Source: a virus (Duplodnaviria; Caudoviricetes). Taken from it: a stretch of 54,779 bases of DNA. Below, one piece after another: positions 38,461-46,700 of this stretch. Position 1 is the stretch's first letter, and every line of letters starts with the position of its first letter. Position numbers and translations under genes: made by a program. The notes below the pieces were generated by a model that saw only the letters and a program-made list of their open reading frames with translations, searched no databases and had not been told where the DNA came from. Where the stretch lies: the IMG/VR virus record IMGVR_UViG_3300046751_000253, positions 1 to 54,779 of that record; one strand, given 5' to 3'.

Positions 38461-39236
38461 TAAATTACTTCTCCTACAAGTTTATCCATAAACACTTTGC
38501 TTTTAAATGCTTGCCATTCACCAGCATATTCAGTGTCTGATTTACGTTTACCTTCCCAATCTTCAAACCAAGGACCACCTGTAGTAAAGTGTACATTCTT
38601 TGGTAAGACATTCTCTGGTGACCATCCATCTAACCAGTTCCATTCAGGTTCAATAGAGCCAATCTCATTATCAGACAGCCATGAGAACCCATGCAACCAG
38701 CTTCCAGACTTTGTATTTACATCGTCTACAGTTAGGTTTAGATTAGAAGGATGTGAACAATTCCAAAGGACAAAGCTTGACCAGTTTTTACGGTTATAGT
38801 TTTGTTGTACTTGACCATCCATTTTCAAACCTTCATTGGGTCTGTAATTATGTTTTACTACTTGAACAGCAAACTCTTCACGATTACCATATGTAGTAAA
38901 TAGTTCTTCAATATCCCAACGTACAAACATATCTGCATCCATAAATAGAGCCAGACCATCATACTGGTTTAGAGCAGGAACTAGGAAACGTGTGAAGGTA
39001 AAGTCAGAACTAAAAGGTCTGCCATCAAACTCGTCTATCCTAGTAACAGACTCAGCATTACTATCAAACCGAATAGTACGCCTATACAAACCTGCTCTAC
39101 GAAGGGCTGGTTGTACGAGAGGTATGATATCGTATTTTGTATTGTATCTTTGAATTGATTTACGTAATACTTCATAAGCCTCATGCTCCCTTGCATCATA
39201 TCCTACATAAATTACTGGTCTTTTTTCTACAAACAT
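38460..39236 (-). CDS. GT8-like (CDI-like) glycosyltransferase
   Basis: YVGYD.RE, SDFTFTRFLVP, LFMDADM, RKNWSS..LWNC.H, WNWL, HFT.GGPWF. Confidence 0.85.
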   Translation of the reverse strand: MFVEKRPVIYVGYDAREHEAYEVLRKSIQRYNTKYDIIPLVQPALRRAGLYRRTIRFDSNAESVTRIDEFDGRPFSSDFTFTRFLVPALNQYDGLALFMDADMFVRWDIEELFTTYGNREEFAVQVVKHNYRPNEGLKMDGQVQQNYNRKNWSSFVLWNCSHPSNLNLTVDDVNTKSGSWLHGFSWLSDNEIGSIEPEWNWLDGWSPENVLPKNVHFTTGGPWFEDWEGKRKSDTEYAGEWQAFKSKVFMDKLVGEVI

Positions 39237-39265
39237 ATTAGTCCTTTCACTTTTAACTATCTATA

Positions 39266-39294
39266 ATTATACTTTAACAATTTATAGTTGTCAA
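39266..39294 (-). promoter_or_regulatory. Perfect consensus sigma70 promoter for the GT-fusion-terS operon
   Basis: Minus strand TTGACA-actataaattgttaaag(17)-TATAAT. Confidence 0.85.
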
Positions 39295-39410
39295 TCTTTT
39301 TTTCTAAACCTATGTCTAAAGAATACTATTATGTTAATAGTAGTGTTTATACTAATTGCCATGAGCAACCACCACTGCCACCAGTTAGGCCAATCTAAAC
39401 CATCAATCAT
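39291..39410 (-). CDS. 39-aa Trp-rich membrane peptide (not in ORF track)
   Basis: MIDGLDWPNWWQWWLLMAISINTTINIIVFFRHRFRKKD; overlaps upstream stop. Confidence 0.55.
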   Translation of the reverse strand: MIDGLDWPNWWQWWLLMAISINTTINIIVFFRHRFRKKD

Positions 39411-39555
39411 TATCTTTCTTCTCGTTGTCTTCTATGTAGTTTTTTAGAGCCGTTAAAAGGCCTAGCTCTATTAGCTTTGCACTTTCTTCAATATCCATAA
39501 TCACCTGTATAGTGGCAGAGCCATCTCCATTTTCCTCGTAGTGTGTTACTTCCAT
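39403..39555 (-). CDS. 50-aa acidic hypothetical protein (not in ORF track)
   Basis: AAGGAG RBS; MEVTHYEENGDGSATIQV... Confidence 0.65.
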   Translation of the reverse strand: MEVTHYEENGDGSATIQVIMDIEESAKLIELGLLTALKNYIEDNEKKDND

Positions 39556-39574
39556 CTACTTCTCCTTATAATGT

Positions 39575-39686
39575 GTTGGCAGTCTCACATCCATTCTCTT
39601 AGCTTTCCCGGCCTATCCCTACCACTGGTGCTGCGGCACTTATAAGTGGCCTCTCGATTTAAAGGGTCTACAGAAAGTACCAACAT
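39575..39686. ncRNA. Putative structured RNA element
   Basis: GC-richer intergenic island closed by GTTGGTA..TTTC / GAGA..TGCCAAC, with inner GCCACT/AGTGGT and GTGC-CGCA-GCAC stems. Confidence 0.35.
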
Positions 39687-39761
39687 CTTTGTAGCATTAA
39701 TACTACTTTAGTGTTACTTATGCCTTGTTTATAAGACTTATTAATACTATAGTATTAACAT

Positions 39762-39923
39762 TTACCACCAACCCATCTTCTGCGTATTATGCATAATGAT
39801 GGCTAGGCAAGCAAGGACATGAAGGATAACCCAAGCAGTTCGCAGTATCGCTACCTTGTTTGCTTTGTCATCGTCATCATATGCCTTGCTGCCCATTGCT
39901 TTGCACCAGTATTCCCAAATCAT
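39762..39923 (-). CDS. Small conserved membrane protein
   Basis: MIWEYWCKAMGSKA...ANKVAILRT + TM; ATGA overlap with RNR stop. Confidence 0.65.
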   Translation of the reverse strand: MIWEYWCKAMGSKAYDDDDKANKVAILRTAWVILHVLACLAIIMHNTQKMGWW

Positions 39924-41881
39924 GCTGCTGTCAAGTCCACTACTTCGCAGACACCTGCGGTACAAGCTAATTCACGTCCACCTGATGTTGTATCTTCCTT
40001 CTCAAAGTCTGAGAGTAAAGACCAGTCAATCTTAGCTGGCATACCTTCCATTGCCTTATCATATTCTTCACTAGTAATATCCTGATAAGGTGCTTGCTGA
40101 TATGTATGCTCACTAAAAGGTAGGAAGCTGATACCTGACACATCGTCAAAGTTATCATATACCCATGAGCCAACCTCTAGCCACTCATGTTCTTTCACAG
40201 AGATAGTTACAGAAGGTTTGTGTTCACACCAATGCTTCTGATAGAGTAGCCACAACTCAAGCTGCTCAATAGCTGACATCTCAGTACGTGTTACTGCTCC
40301 TGTAGGTGACCTCATTGGGAAGCTGAAGACTGTTGTGCTGTCTGGCTTACCTACATCAGGCTCATTAGGAATACCCTGTGCAATCATAAACTGCGTGATA
40401 GGGTCTTTGTTATCACCACGAACAGTACGAATATAGTAAGGATTATGTCTAGCATGAATACCAGATGCACTATCTACTAGCTGAGATACTGTACCAGAAG
40501 GCTTTACACAAGTAATAGCTGCGGCTTGTGGTATACCTAGAGACTTAGACATCTGTTCGTTTGTCTCAATGGCTGTGTCCTTCAAAGAAGTAAGTATATT
40601 TTTGATGTTCATACCATGCATAGCACTCTTACCTGACATCAACTGGTTATCCATAATGCCTGTAAGAGATACACCAAGTAGACGTTCTTCTTCTGTGTTG
40701 TCCTTCCAGATTTTACGAATGTATTTAAAGTCTGTAAGTGTAGCTTGGAATGTACCAAGAATAGTAGCTAGACGTACCTTGTTTTCCAATGTCTCTATGT
40801 TATCTGTAGAACGTACAACTACCTCTGATAGATTACAAAACTGGTAAGGACGTAAGATAATTTCTGAACAAGGGTTACAACCAAACTGATGGTCAGGGTC
40901 ACGTCTGCCGTTGCTTGCTGCTTGTCTCTTAGCAGATTCACGATTGAAGATACCACGTTCACCTGAATGTGATTCGTATAGAGACAACCACTCACGCATG
41001 AATGTACCCATCTGAGGCTTCTCTTTGTAAGCAACAGAGTTATTAGCTAGAGCACGTTGTCCTTCACGCTTGATGTTCTTGTCTGGCTCATCCCACCATT
41101 CACCTGTCTTTGCATGACGCATCTGGTCATCGTTAAGATTTGACAAGCTGATAAGAGCAGAACGTCTTACGCCACCTACAACTACAACCTCACCAATCTT
41201 ACACATCAAATCGTGACACTCAATAGGGTAAAGCCTACGCCCTGCTGCACCCTTGAACTTATCAATGCAGAAGTTAAATAGGTCAATCAGAGGGGCAGGA
41301 CCTGATGCACGTCCACCAAAAGTCTTTAGCCTTGCTCCTGCAGGACGTACTTCTGATACATCCCACTTTGGAATCTGACCTGCATATAGCATGGCAATCA
41401 GTTCACGTAATGACTTAGCCCATCCGGGGCGGCTGTCACCTACCTTGATTACTGTATCTGTTTCATGGAATGTTTCATTTACAATAGGTAGCTTGTCAAT
41501 GTTGTTGCGTTCTACTGAGAAGCCTACACCTGTACCACACATTAGGATGTACATACATTCGTCAAAGGCACGAGGGCTATCAACAGGAATGTAGGAACAG
41601 TTATAACCACCTACATGGCAACGGTCTAATGCAGGACCAGAAGTCATCAGTGCTCTCATAGAGGGCATGATTTGCTGTGTAAGTACAGCTTCTTCTAGCT
41701 CTTTACGTAGTCCATCTTTTAGATTGTAATTATGTTTCTTGCTTAGATGGTCAGACATATAATCAAAATATCTGCTGACTGTTTCAGGCCATGTCTCACG
41801 TCTATCTTCGTCTTCCTTCCAACGTGCATAACGTGACAAGGCAATAAAATTCTGGTAATCTGTTGGTAAAAAATTGTTCAT
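39920..41881 (-). CDS. nrdJ: Class II (adenosylcobalamin-dependent) ribonucleotide reductase
   Basis: PSMRALM, NCS, GGVRRSALI, GCNPCSEI, FCNLSEV, TCVKPSGTVS, C-terminal ACTAGVCE; no beta subunit present. Confidence 0.9.
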   Translation of the reverse strand: MNNFLPTDYQNFIALSRYARWKEDEDRRETWPETVSRYFDYMSDHLSKKHNYNLKDGLRKELEEAVLTQQIMPSMRALMTSGPALDRCHVGGYNCSYIPVDSPRAFDECMYILMCGTGVGFSVERNNIDKLPIVNETFHETDTVIKVGDSRPGWAKSLRELIAMLYAGQIPKWDVSEVRPAGARLKTFGGRASGPAPLIDLFNFCIDKFKGAAGRRLYPIECHDLMCKIGEVVVVGGVRRSALISLSNLNDDQMRHAKTGEWWDEPDKNIKREGQRALANNSVAYKEKPQMGTFMREWLSLYESHSGERGIFNRESAKRQAASNGRRDPDHQFGCNPCSEIILRPYQFCNLSEVVVRSTDNIETLENKVRLATILGTFQATLTDFKYIRKIWKDNTEEERLLGVSLTGIMDNQLMSGKSAMHGMNIKNILTSLKDTAIETNEQMSKSLGIPQAAAITCVKPSGTVSQLVDSASGIHARHNPYYIRTVRGDNKDPITQFMIAQGIPNEPDVGKPDSTTVFSFPMRSPTGAVTRTEMSAIEQLELWLLYQKHWCEHKPSVTISVKEHEWLEVGSWVYDNFDDVSGISFLPFSEHTYQQAPYQDITSEEYDKAMEGMPAKIDWSLLSDFEKEDTTSGGRELACTAGVCEVVDLTAA

Positions 41882-41896
41882 TGATATCCCTTTCTT

Positions 41897-41911
41897 GAAC
41901 AGAGTTTGAAC
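41897..41911 (-). promoter_or_regulatory. Alphaproteobacterial LexA-type box at RNR transcription start
   Basis: GTTC-aaactct-GTTC on minus strand, 6 bp downstream of the -10. Confidence 0.5.
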
Positions 41912-41916
41912 TTAGA

Positions 41917-41945
41917 ATTGTATCATAAATAGAAGACTATTACAA
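41917..41945 (-). promoter_or_regulatory. sigma70-like promoter for RNR
   Basis: TTGTAA-17-TACAAT with TGn extension. Confidence 0.65.
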
Positions 41946-41947
41946 TA

Positions 41948-42280
41948 CTATTCATGTCCTAAAACTGCATTAATTCTTTTTCTAACATACTCAACCTCAC
42001 CTGACTTGAGTACTTTAAACGCAAACTCTCTCATGTACACAGGATTAACTCCTGCATAATCACAAACAGAATGAAAGTCTTCAGCAGTCACCCCGACTGA
42101 TGCAAAGAACCAAGCTATTGCTCTTTCTCTTTCGATAATAGAGTTAGTAGGCTCACCATCATATCGGGGCTTTGTTGCATCAAGAAGAGCTTGAAGAAGA
42201 ACAGTAAGGAACAATGTCCTTTCTGATGTTCTTAGCTCTACCTGTTCATCCTCTGCTAGTATTATGTCTTTTATTTGCAT
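41948..42280 (-). CDS. Conserved phage hypothetical protein
   Basis: LF..VLLQALLDA...A.AWFF...DF..VCDYAG.NP. Confidence 0.75.
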   Translation of the reverse strand: MQIKDIILAEDEQVELRTSERTLFLTVLLQALLDATKPRYDGEPTNSIIERERAIAWFFASVGVTAEDFHSVCDYAGVNPVYMREFAFKVLKSGEVEYVRKRINAVLGHE

Positions 42281-42677
42281 TTTCTCTTAGCCATGCTTTT
42301 GGTATCCCTTCTCCACCCTTGCAGTAAAGAAAGCCATGCTTGTCACACCAATCTCCATAGGTCATCTTACCACCTTTGTATAACTTCCTGTTAAAGTTAT
42401 CAAAGACAAATCGAATATCATATTCAGGATGCTGGTCACGAATAAACAAATGTTTCTTCCTGTCTTCCAACATAAACCTGCCCTTGACTTCTAGTATGAT
42501 GCCGTTAGGAAGAATAAAATCAGGTATGTATTTCTTATCTTCTTGCCATAAATAGGGTATGTTAAATGTTTCATATTCAAACTCAATCTTATTTTTATTT
42601 AAGAAACAAGCACAATTAAATTCTGAATTAGAACGGTAGTTGTGCTCGTTCTTATCTCTGGTTTTTTTCTTAGCCAT
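42246..42677 (-). CDS. T7 gp3-like endonuclease I (junction resolvase)
   Basis: YRS..E, FEYE, YIPDFILPNGIILEVKGRF..EDRKKHL, DIRFVF, TYGDWCDKHGF. Confidence 0.9.
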   Translation of the reverse strand: MAKKKTRDKNEHNYRSNSEFNCACFLNKNKIEFEYETFNIPYLWQEDKKYIPDFILPNGIILEVKGRFMLEDRKKHLFIRDQHPEYDIRFVFDNFNRKLYKGGKMTYGDWCDKHGFLYCKGGEGIPKAWLRENANKRHNTSRG

Positions 42678-43530
42678 TAGTCACCTCTTGTACGTCAGGT
42701 AATTTAGCTACCTGAGTAAGATATCTAATACCATTAGAATACTTAAACTTTCTTAGGCCTTGTCCACCGTTGGCATCTTTCCAACAGTCATCTTTGTAAG
42801 GACAATAGACGCAACCAATGGCAAGCTTACGATTACCAGACTTACCATCTTCCTCATCTGGATAACATCTGTCAGGTGGTAAGTCAGAAGACAAGAATGT
42901 TTTTACCTTACCAATTCTTTGCTTTGCATTAATCATGTGGATAGGTTCTATCTTCATTAGAGCCATCTCACTGGATGATTTATCAATAGCAAAGAAGGCT
43001 GCTTCTTGGTCATTACCTGCCTCTGCATAGCCTGACAACTGAGCAATGTAACCAAAGGGGTCATCACTATGTAGTGTACCTTCTTTGAACTTCTTGAAGG
43101 CATAAGAAGAAGCAGTCTTAATATCTACAAGAGTACCATCAATGCGGCAGTCCTTGTGTCCTTTAACACCTTCTACTTCTACTTCCTTCTGCTGCTCTGT
43201 TACCTTGTGTCCAGATACTTCTGTAAGTAAAATCAACACAGCCTCAAGGATGTCTCCCATAATAAACTTCATTTTAGTTTGACCGTTAATCGGTTCTGGC
43301 TCTGCTGTACTTTTTAAATCATACCAAAGCTGTCTGTCTGGCTTACCTATTTGAGACATACGTAAAGTAGTTTGCTTACTACGTTTACCTTCTCCAAGCT
43401 GACGTGTAAGTGCTCTGGCAATTTCAGTAGAACAAGTATGAATAGCATCTCTGTTCTGCACAGATGAAGTATTAATACCTTCTTCTAATGTCTTGTATAT
43501 ATCTTCTATTAGAGTATCTATACTTTTCAT
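42670..43530 (-). CDS. PD-(D/E)XK exonuclease
   Basis: LRMSQIGKP.RQLWY, GHKDCRIDG.LVDIKTAS, C-terminal C.YC.YK..CW. Confidence 0.8.
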   Translation of the reverse strand: MKSIDTLIEDIYKTLEEGINTSSVQNRDAIHTCSTEIARALTRQLGEGKRSKQTTLRMSQIGKPDRQLWYDLKSTAEPEPINGQTKMKFIMGDILEAVLILLTEVSGHKVTEQQKEVEVEGVKGHKDCRIDGTLVDIKTASSYAFKKFKEGTLHSDDPFGYIAQLSGYAEAGNDQEAAFFAIDKSSSEMALMKIEPIHMINAKQRIGKVKTFLSSDLPPDRCYPDEEDGKSGNRKLAIGCVYCPYKDDCWKDANGGQGLRKFKYSNGIRYLTQVAKLPDVQEVTNG

Positions 43531-43742
43531 TCTGTTTCCTTTTCTAAGTATCTATTTAGATACCATACTGCTTTAGCTAAGTCTTGGTCTTTACCTTTGT
43601 ATTGTTCTCGCCAAGTATATTTTATTACATTACCTTTGCAGTATCCTCTAAACTCTTCTGGTGTTAGGGCAGATTCAATTGCTTGAATACATTCTACCTC
43701 ACCCGTCTGATAGTGTGGTGGTTTATTTACATAGTCAGTCAT
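43527..43742 (-). CDS. DUF3310 / T7 gp1.7-like protein
   Basis: VNKPPHY..GEVECI.AI...GNVIKY.WR...K...DL.KA.WYL. Confidence 0.85.
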   Translation of the reverse strand: MTDYVNKPPHYQTGEVECIQAIESALTPEEFRGYCKGNVIKYTWREQYKGKDQDLAKAVWYLNRYLEKETE

Positions 43743-43929
43743 CTAGTAAATCCTCAAACTCTTTGTGGAAAGTAACATCTTCTATATATGTATATCCCAT
43801 TGCACGTAGGAAATCTAATACAATATCTGACATATCATTTAGGTCAGTTGCATAGCCTTCTACTGTGGTTTTATTTCCAAAGTCTAAGTACTCAGCAGAC
43901 ATTGTAACCTTATACTCTTTGTCTAACAT
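43735..43929 (-). CDS. Hypothetical protein
   Basis: 64 aa, DFLRAMGY, AAGGAG RBS. Confidence 0.65.
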   Translation of the reverse strand: MLDKEYKVTMSAEYLDFGNKTTVEGYATDLNDMSDIVLDFLRAMGYTYIEDVTFHKEFEDLLDD

Positions 43930-44022
43930 ATTAACTCCTTAATAAATGGCGTACCCACCCTACGCTAGCCATCTCACTACCATATTACAATATGTGTAGC
44001 ACCCTTGTTGATGTTATGCTAT

Positions 44023-44493
44023 TTAGCTACCTGTGTTGCCAAAGGGGATATCGTCTTCAAAGTCATCCACAGTGCTATGACCGTCAGGCACAACATCAAA
44101 GTCCTCAGAGTCACCATAAGGAATCAGATTAACTACCTGAACCTTTTGAAGCTCTGCTCCAACACCACTCTTACCTGCGTACTCCCACTCATAAGTCTTG
44201 AGAAGTACATTGACATCTGAACCATTACCCACAAGAGTATTGCCCATGTCGTTCTTGTTAGCATCAACAAGAGAAGGTGCTTGGTTCTGGCTACCATCTT
44301 TACGGTTTACTTTACGTTTGATGGTTACAAAGTCTCCACGTTCATCACCTTTGTTCTTGATGTTCATGCCTAGCTTCTTAGCTTTCTCAAGTTCTGCACC
44401 CTCTAACGCCAAGTCAATAGACCATACTGGTTCAAAGGTTGTGTTAGGTGTTGCAATAGTTGCCCAATGGGACTTTCCTGATAGTACTGGCAT
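44023..44493 (-). CDS. ssb: Single-stranded DNA-binding protein (gp2.5-like)
   Basis: WA....PNT.FEP.WSID, VGNGS.V, VQV..L..Y, acidic tail DDIPF. Confidence 0.8.
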   Translation of the reverse strand: MPVLSGKSHWATIATPNTTFEPVWSIDLALEGAELEKAKKLGMNIKNKGDERGDFVTIKRKVNRKDGSQNQAPSLVDANKNDMGNTLVGNGSDVNVLLKTYEWEYAGKSGVGAELQKVQVVNLIPYGDSEDFDVVPDGHSTVDDFEDDIPFGNTGS

Positions 44494-44548
44494 AATATTT
44501 ATCTCCTATTTAAGTTACTGTGTGGTCTTAGCCACTTCTGATTTTGAA

Positions 44549-44577
44549 AGTATATAACATACAAAATAGTATGTCAA
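44549..44577 (-). promoter_or_regulatory. sigma70 promoter for SSB operon
   Basis: TTGACA-17-TATACT. Confidence 0.75.
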
Positions 44578-44583
44578 CACCTA

Positions 44584-46233
44584 TTAATGAGTTTCTGCCC
44601 AATTGTTTCCAATTTTAAACTCACTGTCCAGAGGACAATTAACAGACAGTGTTTCTTGCACCTGCTTCATTGCCTTCTGTGTGAGTTCACCAAATCGTTC
44701 CGCTTGGTCTGCACGAATCTCAAACTGATACTCGTCATGGATAGACGCAACAAGATTGTAATCATAATCCCGTTGCGCCATTAAAGTTATTTGCCGCAAC
44801 CATTCTTTACAAATGATAGCACCTGCACCCTGTAGTAAAAGGTTCATGGCTGCATGTTGCTGACGTACCTTGAGAAGTCTTCCATCAAGACCACGAATAT
44901 GTCCTGTAGTTGCTGCTCTGTCCACCTTATCACGCAAGGTTTTTAAAGCTGGCATATTGGACATAAACTTTTTCATAATGATTTGTCCTTCTTTAGCACC
45001 ACCACCAACAATACTACCAATCTTAGCTGGACCTGCACCATAGATTAGAGCATAGATAAATGTCTTTGCTGCATCTCTGGTAGGAAGTCCTGCGGCTTTC
45101 TGATTTGCAGTGTGGATGTCACCACCCACTACCTCATCAGTAAATCTCTTGTCACCCATATAGTGTGCCAAGCATCTAAGTTCAAGTGAACTTGCATCAC
45201 AACCCAACAGCTTGTACTTATCGCTGCTCGTTTTCCAAACTTGTCTGCACTCCTTGCCGTAGGGAGAGTAAACGGCAGGTACTTGTGCCATGTTCGGGGA
45301 GTTATGTGCCATGCGTCCACTGATGGCTTTCAAGGTAATAACTCTACCATGAACCTTACCATCGTCTTCCACAACGTCAAGCCAAGACTTAACCTGTGAA
45401 ACTCTTTTCTGAAGTAATAGATATTGTAATATCTTTTTTACTTCTGGAATATCTACACCACTAAGAGAGCCTTCGTCCACCACTGGCTGACCAGTAGGCG
45501 TGAAAGTCTTAGGCTTCCATCCCTTTTCTTGTAGCCTCTTAGCAATCTGCTGTCTTGATGCAGGATTGAATACTTCTACCTTATCCTTTAATCGGTTTCC
45601 TGTCTTCTCTGAGTACCTTTCTGTTACGATAGGTGGGAATATAGCTTGCATCTCCTGCTCTATCTCTGTAGCCTCTTCTGAGAGCCTTGCAACAAGACAT
45701 GAAGCTTCTGGGATGTTAAGACTAAATCCATTCTCTTCTTGCTTGTCTACTATTGCTCGCACCTCATGCTCAAGCTGAATAGATTTTCCTGAATATTTTT
45801 TCATGTGAGGAAGTAGATGTTCATATAGTTTTACTGTAACTACTACGTCCTGCTTACAATACTTCAACATCTCTTGTGTGAATACAGAGAAGTCATTAAA
45901 CTCAATCTTAGGATAGCCAAGTCTTTGACCCCATGCTTCAAGTGAATGACCACCATCAAGAGATGGGTCAAAAAGCTGAGACATAATCAATGTGTCTCTT
46001 ACTTTCTTCAAAGGTATCTTACTGCCTGTCAAACGATTTACAACAGGCGCATCAAAAGACACACCGTTATGCATGACAAAGACATCAACACTCTCTGACC
46101 ATGCAGGGAAGTCCTTGATGGACTCCCCATACCATGTGTCCACTGCGCCTGTATCTAAGTCCTGTGCCACAATGCAATGCACTACAGTTGCATTGAGGTC
46201 ATCTGTCTCGATATCAAGCACTACTCTTTTCAT
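44584..46233 (-). CDS. polA: Family A DNA polymerase with 3'-5' exonuclease (T7-like)
   Basis: DIET, HNG..FD, YCKQD; DASSLELR, RDAAKTFIYALIYG, IHDEYQ. Confidence 0.95.
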   Translation of the reverse strand: MKRVVLDIETDDLNATVVHCIVAQDLDTGAVDTWYGESIKDFPAWSESVDVFVMHNGVSFDAPVVNRLTGSKIPLKKVRDTLIMSQLFDPSLDGGHSLEAWGQRLGYPKIEFNDFSVFTQEMLKYCKQDVVVTVKLYEHLLPHMKKYSGKSIQLEHEVRAIVDKQEENGFSLNIPEASCLVARLSEEATEIEQEMQAIFPPIVTERYSEKTGNRLKDKVEVFNPASRQQIAKRLQEKGWKPKTFTPTGQPVVDEGSLSGVDIPEVKKILQYLLLQKRVSQVKSWLDVVEDDGKVHGRVITLKAISGRMAHNSPNMAQVPAVYSPYGKECRQVWKTSSDKYKLLGCDASSLELRCLAHYMGDKRFTDEVVGGDIHTANQKAAGLPTRDAAKTFIYALIYGAGPAKIGSIVGGGAKEGQIIMKKFMSNMPALKTLRDKVDRAATTGHIRGLDGRLLKVRQQHAAMNLLLQGAGAIICKEWLRQITLMAQRDYDYNLVASIHDEYQFEIRADQAERFGELTQKAMKQVQETLSVNCPLDSEFKIGNNWAETH

Positions 46234-46700
46234 AGTTCTACTAGCTCCGCTTTCTGATAGGGTATGTGGAAAAAGCTTTCACCTTTTACACGATAACTAA
46301 ATAACTTCTTTACTTCTGATTCGGCAACTACAAAGTCTTTGATTCGCCATGCTGCCTTGCAATCATTACGAATGACATAGAAGTTAAAGAAATGATTGTC
46401 TGCTCCTAACTCTGCCATCCTATTGATAAGCTTATGTTTTCGGTAAGGTATCCTGATTTCTTTCCATGTATCAGGCCAATCACCTTTCCATTGGTTCTTC
46501 ATCTCTGCCTCTGAGAAGTACGTATTATCTCCTTTTTTACTCTTGATGTCAAACGAAAAGTTCTCCTGACTATCAAGTATTTCATGCCCATTACTTTGTA
46601 AGTAATTCATAATGGCTTCTCTAGCCTTGGCATCATTCTCTTCATAACTCTGGCGGCTAAACCGCCTGTTATATGCGCCATCAATCTTTGCTACCTTCAT
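46230..46700 (-). CDS. Hypothetical protein, possible PD-(D/E)XK fold
   Basis: FDI...EAEMK..W...IRIPYRK. Confidence 0.65.
   Translation of the reverse strand: MKVAKIDGAYNRRFSRQSYEENDAKAREAIMNYLQSNGHEILDSQENFSFDIKSKKGDNTYFSEAEMKNQWKGDWPDTWKEIRIPYRKHKLINRMAELGADNHFFNFYVIRNDCKAAWRIKDFVVAESEVKKLFSYRVKGESFFHIPYQKAELVEL

Noticed and set aside
36163-39236. DNA hypermodification (T4-like glucosylation) as the main interpretation
   Set aside because: No hydroxymethylase, thymidylate-synthase-like or TET/JBP gene was recognised to provide an acceptor base. Ranked lower but not excluded.
39575-39686. Cobalamin riboswitch or tRNA
   Set aside because: It has GGGAA and GAGACTGCC-like words but lacks the ordered riboswitch core, lies downstream of nrdJ, and shows no cloverleaf or T-loop.
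42670-43530. Cas4-like nuclease as a CRISPR component
   Set aside because: It lies in the replication module between SSB and endonuclease I and is an ordinary phage exonuclease context.
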